A stretch of DNA of 60,961 nt, counting the filler. It is 6 parts of 6 records of this genome, joined end to end, with 100 filler letters (N's around TTAATTAATTAA, not from the genome) between each part and the next. Parts side by side here need not be neighbours in the genome. Positions count along the whole stretch, not along the records: positions 1 to 10,377 come from SRR31147125_32368; 5 more parts are not named here. One strand, 5' to 3'. The number at the start of each line of letters is the position of its first letter. Positions within the stretch are counted from its first letter, which is position 1. Both the position numbers and the translations under genes were made by a program. Shown here piece by piece: positions 1 to 10,477 of the stretch. The notes below the pieces were generated by a model. The model was not told the origin of the DNA and did not search any database. It saw nothing but the letters and a program-made list of their open reading frames with translations.

Positions 1-343
1 ATAGTCGAACACAATACTGCACCTTTTGATTGCTTTGTTTTATTCTGTATTATAGAGGCAGGGGACTGTTTATTTGGCTTGTTAAATGGAATAGATACCG
101 TTTGAATTTTACAAGCAGAAATAACGTGTTGAATTTAGAACGTGCGGCAAAATTATTATTTTTCAATTCCAACTAGTATTATTTTTATCGTGCTTGCTCA
201 TCTTTTAATAAAAAAGATATCCAAATAACTATTTTGTGATTATTCTGTCTACTGGGTTTCTACTTGCTACTTGAAACGTTTAGTAACAGAAGCAACTCTG
301 ATACTTTAGGAAAATTGAAGAACTTGTTATCATAAACGAAAGT

Positions 344-865
344 TTGTTGAACCGTGAAGCAAATTATCTATTTTCTTTTTTCGGTATAATTAATAGTTTT
401 ATAAATGGTTCAAAAAACCAGCTAAATCTTTCGGGCGTTGCTTTTGATTACTCACCACCACGATCGGGGATTTATATTGGGTCACCAGGCATAGCAATTT
501 TACCAGGTGGGGATTATGTTGTTTCTCATGATTTTATTGGCCCGAATTCGACGCCCAATTTAATGCGATTATTCCGTTCAAAGGACAAGGGATTCACCTG
601 GCAGAAATTAACAAATCTACAAGGGCAGTTCTGGTCCTCTCTATTTATGATCCTGGATGATCCTTATATTTTAGGAACCAGTCGACTGTATGGTTTTGTG
701 GTCATTCGACGTTTTCAGGACGGTGGTAAAACCTGAACAGAGCCAAAAGATAAAGGCACCGGACTCTTGGTTGATAATGAAGAATATCATACCGCACCTG
801 TTCCTGGTCTGGTATTTAAAGGAAGAGTCTGGCGTGCCATGGAAGACAGAAATCCTCAGTAAGGG
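344..865 (+). pseudogene. Truncated paralogue of the BNR/sialidase-family gene at 4421-5560
   Basis: DYSPPRSGIYIGSPGIAILPGGDYVVSHDFIGP...FRSKDKGFTWQKL is nearly identical to the 4421 protein. The in-frame TGA at 734-736 replaces TGG (W). Similarity continues in frame to TAA at 860-862 and then stops. Confidence 0.85.
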
Positions 866-895
866 TCGCGAATACACCTGCACATCATCGCTTTA

Positions 896-903
896 TATCT
901 TTG
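896..903 (+). promoter_or_regulatory. Bacteroidota-type -7 promoter element (TAnnTTTG) upstream of the GH106 gene
   Basis: TATCTTTG lies about 90 nt upstream of the ATG at 991. Confidence 0.45.
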
Positions 904-990
904 TAAACAATAGATTAGGTTCATTAAAATCGGGATTTTTGTGTCCGGTTTAGTTGAAAATAGCGGAATAAACAGGAAGAGTACTCAATC

Positions 991-3900
991 ATGGAAAATA
1001 CAAATAAAATTAAAACAAAGACGATCAAAAGTTTACTCGCATTTGTAGCAGTACTAGTAGTATTGAGTAGTTGTAGCTCAAATGCAGAATTACCAAAACC
1101 AGAATTCAACCAAATTGTAAAAGAATTTCAAAGCCCTGCTGATGATAATTCTCTATGGTGTTATTGGTATTGGATAGGAGACGACATCTCTAAAGAAGGC
1201 ATTACAAAAGATTTGGAAGCCATGAAAAAAGCGGGTATTGGTGCCGCGTTTATTGGGAATGTTAATCCTGATGAGGTGGATGGTAAAGTGCCGATGTTGA
1301 GTGAAGAGTGGTGGAATTGTATGGTTCACGCTGTGAATGAAGGAAAACGTATAGGCGTGGACATAGGTTCATTTAACTGTCCTGGTTGGAGCCAGTCGGG
1401 CGGTCCCTGGGTAACGGCAGATAAGGCTATGCGTTATTTCGCCTATTCTGAAACTGTGGTAACAGGTGGTCAACAAGTACAAGTGAAATTACCAAAGCCA
1501 AAGGACGAATTTCAGGATGTATATGTCGTGGCTTTCCCGAAAGAGAAAAAAGAAGAAATAATATTAAACAAGTCAAATTCAAGTATACAAATAACTCCTG
1601 CCATTCAATATGAAAATTCTCTTATAGATGGAAAAACCGACAAGGGTGTTGCATTTACTGAATCGAAATACACCATTACTATTCATGCTAAAAAAGCAAT
1701 TACAGCACGAAGCATTCTGTTATACCCTGGGAAAACAGAATTGAAGGTAGATTGTGATTTTCAGGTTAAAAGAGGCGGGAAATATGTTTCAATCAGGAAA
1801 TTTAACTTTGACAGAAGCAACTTTTCGGTGAATGTGGGAGCTGAAAGGTATGCCCCTGTTTCTGTTTCGCTTCCTGATAGCCAGGCAAAGGAGTTTCGGT
1901 TAATTTGCAGCAATATTAAAACACGGAAACCAGCCGGATTTTCAGAAATAGTTATTTCAGAAGCCCCGGTTTTAGAGGCTTATATTGAAAAACATTTGGG
2001 AAAAATGCACCCCACTCCTCAGCCCGAATGGAACTCTTATTCCTGGAAGTCTCGATCTGGCTCCAATGACAAATTTGCGTTAGCTCAAGCTCGCGTTTTG
2101 GATATTTCAGACAAAATGGATAAGCATGGTATGCTTTCCTGGGATGCGCCGGAAGGTGAATGGACTGTATTGCGATTTGGAATGACTCCTACCGGTACTA
2201 AAAATGCTCCGGCTGCACCACAAGGGAAAGGGTATGAAATTGACAAAGGAAATCGTGAGTTGATTCGTTTCCATTTTGAACAATTTATAGGGAAATTTTT
2301 AAAACGCATTCCGAAAGAGAGCAAAAGTGCTTTTAAATATGTAATAGCAGACAGCTACGAACAGGGTTCGCAAAACTGGACGGATGGTTTTGAGCAAAAA
2401 TTTGAAAAGAAATATGGCTATAATCCAAAGAAATATCTTCCGGTATTTTCGGGAAGAATTGTAGGTAGTGTGGCAGAATCTGATCGTTTTCTATGGGATT
2501 TACGCCGTGCCATAGCTGATGATGTGGCCTATGAATATTGTGGAGGACTACGAGAAATTGCCAATGAGAATGGTTTGAAATTATGGCTGGAAAACTACGG
2601 GCACTGGGGATTTCCGTCAGAGTTTATGCTTTATGGCGGACAATCGGATTTTGTTAGTGGGGAGTATTGGAATGAAGGGACACTTGGAAATATTGAGTGC
2701 AAGGCAGCCTCATCTACCGCTCATATTTATGGGAAGAAACCACCTCCGCGGAATGTTTTACCGCAGCCGGTCGAACCTTTGTGAGACACCCGGCTATGCT
2801 TAAAAAGCGTGGTGACTGGGGGCTGACAGAAGGGATTAACCATCATGTTCTTCACGTTTACATTCATCAACCCGATGATAGCAGGGTGCCTGGAATTAAT
2901 GCCTGGTTCAGCACCGAATTTAACCGCCACAATACGTGGTTTGAGCAGGGGAAAACGTATTTCGATTATATCCGGCGCGCGCAACATCTGTTGCAACAAG
3001 GAAAATATGCAGCCGATGTATGCTATTTTATTGGCGAAGATGCGCCCATAATGACCGGAGCAACCAATCCTGAACTACCAAAAGGTTATTCTTTTGACTA
3101 CATAAATGCAGAGGTGATTAAAACCCGTCTTTCGGTAAAAGATGGCAAGTTTGTTTTACCAGACGGAATGAGTTACCGAATGATGGTTCTGCCGCCGCTG
3201 GATACAATGCGCCCGGAGTTGCTGGCAAAGTTAGAGCAATTGGTAGCCGATGGTGGAATTATTTACGGACAAGCCCCGACAGCTTCACCGAGTTTACAGA
3301 ACTACCCGAATTGCGATAAACAGGTCAAGCTGCTTGCTGCAAAACTGTGGAGTGGAGAAGAAAAAATAAAAAGTTATGGAAAGGGTTTTGTGGTTGATGG
3401 CCTGCCTTTGCAGGAAACTCTGGATCATTTCAATATCGAAAAAGATGTGGATGTGAATGATGATGTTCTATGGACGCACCGCACTTGTAACGGAATGGAG
3501 ATTTATTTTTTAACCAATCAAAGTGGAACGGAAATTGAAATTACCCCTTCATTTAGAGTTGAAGGTCTGAGACCACAGCTTTGGGATGCCGTAACCGGAG
3601 AAATTCGAAAGATAAATGACTTTAAAGTAGAAAATGGCAAAACTATTATCCCGCTTTTAATGGAAAAGGACAAAAGTTGGTTCGTGGTATTTACCAATCA
3701 GGCAAATGAATTTGTTGGTGAAGGCTATGTGGAAAACTCACCGAATTACAAAACAGTTAAAACGCTGAATAAGGAATGGGAGATTCATTTCGAAAACCAA
3801 AAGAGTGCACCTAAAAACATGACGACATCTCAGTTGTTTGATTGGTCTCAAAGCGAAAAGGAACTGTTGAAATACTATTCAGGAACAGCCAATTATTCAA

Positions 3901-4229
3901 CCCGCTTTGAATATAAGAAAACCAACGAAAAAGATATTTTTATTGATTTAGGCAGAGTGGGTGTCATGGCTACTGTTACGGTTAATGGCAAAAATGTTGG
4001 CACCACATGGATGGCTCCTTACAGGCTCAAAATAACAGATGCTGTCAAGTCAGGTGAAAATAGGCTTGACGTAAAGGTGGTTAATGTATGGAGAAACAGG
4101 ATAACAGGTGATAAAAAATTAGCAGAAGAAAAACGAACCACTTCAATTCTTGTGGATCAAGTTAGGCCCGAAGAGGTCTTAATTCCTTCAGGATTAATGG
4201 GAGATGTTGTTTTGCAGGTTGTCGAATAA
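991..4229 (+). CDS. Glycoside hydrolase family 106 (alpha-L-rhamnosidase-like) lipoprotein, split by one indel near 2737-2739
   Basis: Lipobox LSSC; WCYWYW...ITKDLEAMKKAGIG, NCPGWSQSGGPW, IADSYEQG, AECFT and EGINHHVLH motifs; C-terminal sugar-binding jelly roll. Adding one A at GGGAAGAAAC joins ORFs 991-2784 and 2697-4229. Confidence 0.85.
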
Positions 4230-4420
4230 TAATCTACGTTAACGATGTACATCCTATTTTTAGTGAAATGAATAAAAAATTTGTCAAATCCGGACTTTTA
4301 GATTTGCTTTAATGTTCTTTTCACCACCAAAGTATTATAGCCAATGAGGTGACTATTGTTGCTAAATGTGATCTGGCGTGTATGAAAAATGTCTTTTAAC
4401 CTGTATTCGCGAGCGAAAAA

Positions 4421-5560
4421 ATGAAACGAATTTATAATTTATTACTTTTATGTCTTATTGCCAATTTCTCAGGTTGCTCAAAGCAACTGACCGATGTTCC
4501 GGGTATTGCCATAGACTACTCGCCACCACAATCCAGGGTTTATATTGGCTCGCCCAGCATTGCCATTTTACCTGGTGGTGATTATGTAGCTTCACATGAT
4601 TTTTTTGGTCCAAATTCAACCACTAATTTAACACGGGTATTTCGTTCAACGGATAAGGGACTCACCTGGCAGAAATTAACAGATCTAAAAGGACAGTTCT
4701 GGTCTTCTCTTTTTGTGCTTCAGGATGATCTTTATATTATGGGTACCAGTGAACGGTATGGATCTGTGGTTATTCGACGCTCCAGCGATGGTGGTGTAAC
4801 CTGGACAGAGCCAAAGGATAAACACACCGGCCTCTTGTTTGATGACGAAGAATATCATACCGCCCCTGTTCCTGTTCTGGTATTTAAAGGGCGAATCTGG
4901 CGAGCCATGGAAGACAGGAATCCTCCGAAAGGGTGGGGTGTTAATTTCCGCGCGTTTGTATTATCCGCACCTGTAGAATCGGATTTGTTAAGTGCTGAAA
5001 ACTGGTCTGTAACGAACCGGTTGCGTTATAACCAGGACTGGCCGGGCAGAGCCTGGCTGGAGGGTAACGTGGTTGTTGCTCCGGATGGCCGTCTGCTAAA
5101 TATCCTGAGAAACGATACGGAAACCGGAGGCAAAGCGGCTGTTACTGAAATATCATCCGACGGTAAAACCGCTACGTTTGATCCGCAAACAGGATTTATA
5201 GATTTTCCCGGTGGCAGCAAAAAATTCACCATTCGCTTCGATCCTATTGCGAATCTGTATTGGTCTCTTTCCAATTACATTTTACCGGAATATCAGGGTG
5301 AAAATCCGGAACGTACCAGAAATACCCTGGCATTGATATCGTCAACAGATCTGAGAAACTGGAAGGTAAGGTCTATTCTCTTAACTCATCCGGATGTAAA
5401 ACTGACCGGTTTCCAGTATGTGGATTGGCAGTTTGAAAATATGGATATTGTTGCCGTATGCCGAACAGCGTGTCAGGACAACCTGGAACCGCCGCATAAT
5501 TGTCACGATGCCAATTATTTAACTTTTCATCGGATTGAGAATTTTCGGGAATTAGACTAA
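4421..5560 (+). CDS. BNR/Asp-box sialidase-family beta-propeller lipoprotein
   Basis: Lipobox FSGC; Asp-boxes RSTDKGLTW, RSSDGGVTW and SSTDLRNW. Confidence 0.8.
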   Translation: MKRIYNLLLLCLIANFSGCSKQLTDVPGIAIDYSPPQSRVYIGSPSIAILPGGDYVASHDFFGPNSTTNLTRVFRSTDKGLTWQKLTDLKGQFWSSLFVLQDDLYIMGTSERYGSVVIRRSSDGGVTWTEPKDKHTGLLFDDEEYHTAPVPVLVFKGRIWRAMEDRNPPKGWGVNFRAFVLSAPVESDLLSAENWSVTNRLRYNQDWPGRAWLEGNVVVAPDGRLLNILRNDTETGGKAAVTEISSDGKTATFDPQTGFIDFPGGSKKFTIRFDPIANLYWSLSNYILPEYQGENPERTRNTLALISSTDLRNWKVRSILLTHPDVKLTGFQYVDWQFENMDIVAVCRTACQDNLEPPHNCHDANYLTFHRIENFRELD

Positions 5561-5716
5561 AATAAACAAATCATTTTTATATGCTCATTCTTTTAATCTA
5601 TTATGAAAATCATCCCTGCGTATTTCAGAAAGGCCATTTGGGAATACTTTTATCGAGGCGAATGGCAAAATTAAAGGATAACAATCCATTACATTTACGA
5701 ACATAAGGTGATCAAA

Positions 5717-7642
5717 ATGAAGTATTGTAGCGTATTTGGCTTGACACTTTTAGTATTTGTTATCTGTGATTTTAATAGCCTGGTTGTCGCTCAACAATTA
5801 CCATCAGCTACTTCGAATTTGTTTTCCGGCTCAGGTAATTGTGCTCTTTGTCATAGTGCCGGTAATGGAGCATTCCAAACACAGTCCAATACAGACATTT
5901 CTCCAATCACGCTGTGGCGATCCACCATGATGGCCAATGCTGCAAAAGATCCGTTCTGGCAGGCAAAGGTTAAAGCCGAAGTAGTGGAACACCCTGACTT
6001 GCAGTTTATTATTGAGGACAAGTGTCTTACCTGTCATGCTCCGATGGGTAGAACCGAAGCGATCTATAATGGCGCGAGCCAATTTTTCTTTTCTGAAGCT
6101 ATGAATGATGACCTGAGCATGGATGGTGTCAGTTGTACTCTATGTCATCAAGTTCAGGCCGGGAACTTGGGGGCAGAAAGTTTTTCAGGCAAGTATCAGA
6201 TTTCTAATGTGCATGAGATATTCGGCCCATATCAATCACCATTATCAATGCCCATGTTTAATGCAGTTGGTTTTACACCTGTTTTTTCGGATCATGTTCA
6301 TTTATCGGAATTATGTGCCACGTGCCATACATTGTTTACGCCGTATTTGGATAATGAGGGCCAGATTGCCGGCACCTTTCCTGAACAGGTACCTTATCTT
6401 GAGTGGAAGAACAGTATTTATCCAGAGGAAAACAAGCAATGTCAAACTTGTCATATGCCTGCTGTTGAAGAGGCGATGAAAATAAGTTCTTTTCCTCCCA
6501 TGCTATCCACTTTACGGTCTCCAGTCTGGAAACATGATTTTGTTGGCGCAAATATATTTATGAATGATATGTTTAAAACGCATGGCGAGGAGATTGGCCT
6601 ATCTGCAACGCAGGCCCAGTTAGATAGTACCGGATTAAAAACATTAAATATGTTGCAATCAAAATCGATCCAACTGACTGCAGAAGGGAGCATAATCGGA
6701 GATACACTCCTCCTGGAAATTAAGGTAGAAAACGTAACCGGGCATAAATTTCCTACCGGATTCCCAAGCAGGCAAGCCTGGTTACATGTCATGGTTGAGA
6801 ATGAAAATAACGAGTTTTTCTTTGAATCCGGTGCCTGGAATGATGCTGGTGAGGTAGTCGGAATTGATAATGAATTTGAACCTCATTACCACCTCATTAC
6901 CGATGAAAATCAGGTACAAGTATATCAGGCTGTTATGCAGGATGTGGATGAAAATGTTACCTATACATTGTTGAGGGGAGCCAGTTATATTAAAGACAAT
7001 CGTTTACCACCAAAAGGTTTTACAACTCTGGCAGATGATTATGAATCCATGGCTATTGCGGGTTATGCGGCTGGTGATCCGGATTTTAATGTGAGTCCTG
7101 AGGGAGTTGAGGGAACCGGTGCTGATATTATCTATTTTAAAATCCCCATAGCTGGAAAGGGTGTTGAATTCAATATAACGGTCGAAATGCGTTATCAGAC
7201 ATTGTCTTCTCAATTTGCCCAACACTTGTTTGAGCAGGACATAGAAAAGGTTACACAATTCAAACAGTATTATGAAGTGCAGGATAAAACACCTGTCTTG
7301 ATTCAATCCATTTCGTATAACGTTATTAATACATCTGTTGGTTTGCGATCCGGAACCATACCTGAAGCATTTAAACTTTTAAAGAATTATCCTAATCCGT
7401 TCAATGCATCAACAGTCATTCAATACTCTGTTGTGGAACCGGGATTTATTTTTCTTGAAATTTATGATATACGTGGTCGAAAAATAAAAACGCTCTCTAG
7501 TACTAAACACGTTCCAGGAACATACACAGTTATTTGGGATGGTAAGGATGATAATCACCAGACTGTACCGAGTGGTGTATATCTATCGTATTTACAATTA
7601 AATAATAAAAACTACTCATCTCGTCTGCTACTATTGAGATAA
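5717..7642 (+). CDS. Secreted pentaheme cytochrome c with C-terminal T9SS type-A/FlgD Ig-like domain
   Basis: Signal peptide; CALCH, CLTCH, CTLCH, CATCH, CQTCH; GHKFPTG motif; C-terminal NYPNPFN...IYDIRGRKIKTL...WDGKDD...SGVY. Alternative GTG start at 5708. Confidence 0.85.
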   Translation: MKYCSVFGLTLLVFVICDFNSLVVAQQLPSATSNLFSGSGNCALCHSAGNGAFQTQSNTDISPITLWRSTMMANAAKDPFWQAKVKAEVVEHPDLQFIIEDKCLTCHAPMGRTEAIYNGASQFFFSEAMNDDLSMDGVSCTLCHQVQAGNLGAESFSGKYQISNVHEIFGPYQSPLSMPMFNAVGFTPVFSDHVHLSELCATCHTLFTPYLDNEGQIAGTFPEQVPYLEWKNSIYPEENKQCQTCHMPAVEEAMKISSFPPMLSTLRSPVWKHDFVGANIFMNDMFKTHGEEIGLSATQAQLDSTGLKTLNMLQSKSIQLTAEGSIIGDTLLLEIKVENVTGHKFPTGFPSRQAWLHVMVENENNEFFFESGAWNDAGEVVGIDNEFEPHYHLITDENQVQVYQAVMQDVDENVTYTLLRGASYIKDNRLPPKGFTTLADDYESMAIAGYAAGDPDFNVSPEGVEGTGADIIYFKIPIAGKGVEFNITVEMRYQTLSSQFAQHLFEQDIEKVTQFKQYYEVQDKTPVLIQSISYNVINTSVGLRSGTIPEAFKLLKNYPNPFNASTVIQYSVVEPGFIFLEIYDIRGRKIKTLSSTKHVPGTYTVIWDGKDDNHQTVPSGVYLSYLQLNNKNYSSRLLLLR

Positions 7643-7679
7643 AAAAAGTTTGATTAACCATTTTATGAAAGGAATTATC

Positions 7680-9362
7680 ATGCTTTGGACAAAACAAAAA
7701 CAACATATTCCATTATTTTTATTTTTTGTTTCGGTTCTGTTTAGCTTTAGCTCAGTTTTTGGCCAGGAGACTCAACAGAAACAGGATTCTACAAAGTTTA
7801 TATTAAAGAGTGAATTCATTGTTATGAATGATGGTGTCAAACTGGCTACCGACATCTATTTTCCCCTGAAGACAGGCCAATATCCAACGGTTCTGGTTCG
7901 GTCACCCTATAATAAAGATCATGTCAAAAAAGAAGCCGAGTGGTATACTGAAAATGGTTATGTTGTTGTTGCCCAGGATTGCCGTGGTAAATTTCTTTCA
8001 GAAGGAACATTTTATCCATTTAAAAACGAACGGGCCGATGGACTGGAAACAGTAAAGTGGATCCGGTCTCAGGAGTGGTGTAATGGAAAAATTATCGGCT
8101 GGGGTGGCAGCTATGTGGGTTATACCCAGTGGGCCATTTCAGATGTTTTGGATGTTTTTTTTCCAAATATGACCAGCGCTGATATATACGGACTTTTATA
8201 TCCTGGTGGTATGTTTTCACTAGCCACAGCCTTTAATTGGGGATTAGCGGTGGATGCCAAGACTGTCAATCCTATTCCTCCGCAAAAAATACTGGCCAGC
8301 TATTTGATTTTGCCTTTATCTATTGCCGATGATTCCACGTTTAAAGACAACGAATTCGTAAATGACTGGTTGAAACATTCCTCGAATGACGAATACTGGA
8401 AATTCATGAACCATCGTGGCATCACATCTGCGCCATTTCTTTCCATTGCCGGTTGGTATGACATTTTCCTCATGTCACAAATAAATGATTTTCTGGCTCT
8501 GGCCCAAAAGGGACATCCGGACAGCCGTATTATCATCGGCCCCTGGTGTCATGGATCTCAGGCGGTCAAGAATGAATACGGCGGCAGTGAAAAGACCGGG
8601 CATAGAAATAAATTGAGTAAACAATTTTTGAATAAACATATAAATGGTGAAGAAATCGATTTTGCTGATATGGTTTTCAAAGATAAAAAATATAATTTAT
8701 TTGTTATGGAACGAAATGAATATTACGGCTGTGATGTATGGCCACCCAAAGCGACCACATTGACAAATTATTATATCGGACCCGATTCCCACCTTGATCA
8801 GGATATTCCGAATAAAAGCGGAAAACTGGGATATACCTATGATCCTCAGGATCCCTATCCCAATAAAGGCGGCACCTTTCTTGGAGCAAACGTAGGTGCT
8901 GCATTGCAAAATGACAATTTATCACGTACCGATCAACTGGTGTTTGAGACAGACATTTTACAATCCGAATTGATATTATTAGGACCGATTTCCGCAACAC
9001 TGTACGTCAGCAGTGATGTGCCATGCACAGATTTTATCGTGTGTTTGCAGGATGTATTTCCAAATGGAGATATTATTAATATACAGGAGGGGGGTGCAAA
9101 GATAGATGTGCAGGAGGGAATCAATAAAACGGATATTTCAATGTGGGCAACAGGATACCAGCTTAATCCCGGCCATAAACTCAGAGCTGTTATTACATCC
9201 AGCTGGTTTCCGCGTTTTAACAGGAATCTCAATTCCGGAGAGCCTGTATTTTCAGCAAAAACCGTTAAAGTCGCAAAACAGTCCGTCTATTTCGGAGAGA
9301 ATCCGTCGTCGATTACCTTGCCGATTTTGGATGTCAAAGATCATGAATCATTTATGGAATAA
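7680..9362 (+). CDS. CocE/NonD family serine hydrolase (peptidase S15)
   Basis: MNDGVKLATDIY, QDCRGKFLSEG, nucleophile GGSYVG, GWYD, GPWCH and SSWFPRFNRN motifs; signal peptide. Confidence 0.9.
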   Translation: MLWTKQKQHIPLFLFFVSVLFSFSSVFGQETQQKQDSTKFILKSEFIVMNDGVKLATDIYFPLKTGQYPTVLVRSPYNKDHVKKEAEWYTENGYVVVAQDCRGKFLSEGTFYPFKNERADGLETVKWIRSQEWCNGKIIGWGGSYVGYTQWAISDVLDVFFPNMTSADIYGLLYPGGMFSLATAFNWGLAVDAKTVNPIPPQKILASYLILPLSIADDSTFKDNEFVNDWLKHSSNDEYWKFMNHRGITSAPFLSIAGWYDIFLMSQINDFLALAQKGHPDSRIIIGPWCHGSQAVKNEYGGSEKTGHRNKLSKQFLNKHINGEEIDFADMVFKDKKYNLFVMERNEYYGCDVWPPKATTLTNYYIGPDSHLDQDIPNKSGKLGYTYDPQDPYPNKGGTFLGANVGAALQNDNLSRTDQLVFETDILQSELILLGPISATLYVSSDVPCTDFIVCLQDVFPNGDIINIQEGGAKIDVQEGINKTDISMWATGYQLNPGHKLRAVITSSWFPRFNRNLNSGEPVFSAKTVKVAKQSVYFGENPSSITLPILDVKDHESFME

Positions 9363-9378
9363 ATTAAAAGGAGTCGAA

Positions 9379-10134
9379 GTGATTATCAGAAAATTCCTCG
9401 TGGCATTATTAATTCTTAACTTCTTACTCGTATTTTCTTCAGCTGTTTTATCTCAGGACGCTGTGATAAAGAAATCGACAAATGGAATGGCAGATAAAAA
9501 AACGTATCTGGCGGACATAACAGCGTTGCTGAATAAGAAATGGCCTGAAAATCGTACGATCAATATTATTTGTCATGGCCATAGTGTTCCATCCGGTTAT
9601 TTCAAAACACCTTTGGTGGATACGTTTAACGCCTATCCACACCTGTTACACAAGGGACTCAAAGAGTCCTATCCTCATGCGGTCATCAATGTCATTGTAA
9701 CGGGTATTGGCGGTGAATCTTCTGATACCGGTGCCGGGCGTTTTGAACGGGATGTGTTAACTCTGAAACCGGATGTGATAACCATTGATTATGCCCTGAA
9801 CGATCGACGTCTTGGACTTGAAAGTGCCAGAAAGGCGTGGATTGCCATGATAAAAAAAGCACAGGAAAAGGGAATCAAGGTGATCCTCCTGACGCCGACA
9901 GCTGATCAACGATCCGATATAAGAGATCCCAATGATCCGCTGAGCCAGCACGCGAATCAGATACGGGAACTGGCGAGGGAATATCATGTGGCATTAGTAG
10001 ATAGTTATGCCGCTTTTGAACGCTATGTGCAAAATGGCGGTGTCTTAAAAGATCTCATGTCCCAGGTCAATCATCCGAACAGAAAAGGACATGATCTGGT
10101 GACAGAGGCTTTGCTTGAATGGTTTCCTGAATAA
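9379..10134 (+). CDS. SGNH/GDSL hydrolase
   Basis: Blocks HGHS, GIGGE, YALND and NHPN. GTG start after AAGGAG; the longer ORF from 9106 overlaps CocE. Confidence 0.85.
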   Translation: MIIRKFLVALLILNFLLVFSSAVLSQDAVIKKSTNGMADKKTYLADITALLNKKWPENRTINIICHGHSVPSGYFKTPLVDTFNAYPHLLHKGLKESYPHAVINVIVTGIGGESSDTGAGRFERDVLTLKPDVITIDYALNDRRLGLESARKAWIAMIKKAQEKGIKVILLTPTADQRSDIRDPNDPLSQHANQIRELAREYHVALVDSYAAFERYVQNGGVLKDLMSQVNHPNRKGHDLVTEALLEWFPE

Positions 10135-10377
10135 TCAGCCGGATGAACTTTATTACTTATAAATAGTTCTAGATAAAAATAATAATGTAGCTGAGTATGC
10201 GACAGAGTTTAAATGCTTAGGAACAGTATGACAATAAAATGAATTGCCGACACAATCGTTTGGGAATGATACTTTTTAGTTTGAATATACTGATTCAACT
10301 TTTGGCACGACATGTACATCAATAAAAGTGATTCACTGCCAACGAGGCACATGTCATTCCCGCTATATTGAAAGTCA

Positions 10378-10477
10378 NNNNNNNNNNNNNNNNNNNNNNN
10401 NNNNNNNNNNNNNNNNNNNNNTTAATTAATTAANNNNNNNNNNNNNNNNNNNNNNNNNNNNNNNNNNNNNNNNNNNN
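10378..10477. other. Artificial contig spacer
   Basis: N44-TTAATTAATTAA-N44, which gives stops in all six frames. Confidence 0.98.

Noticed and set aside
734-736. In-frame TGA at a Trp position as stop-codon recoding or selenocysteine
   Set aside because: It is followed by TAA at 860 and loss of homology, and the intact paralogue uses TGG. This is a simple nonsense mutation in a pseudogene.
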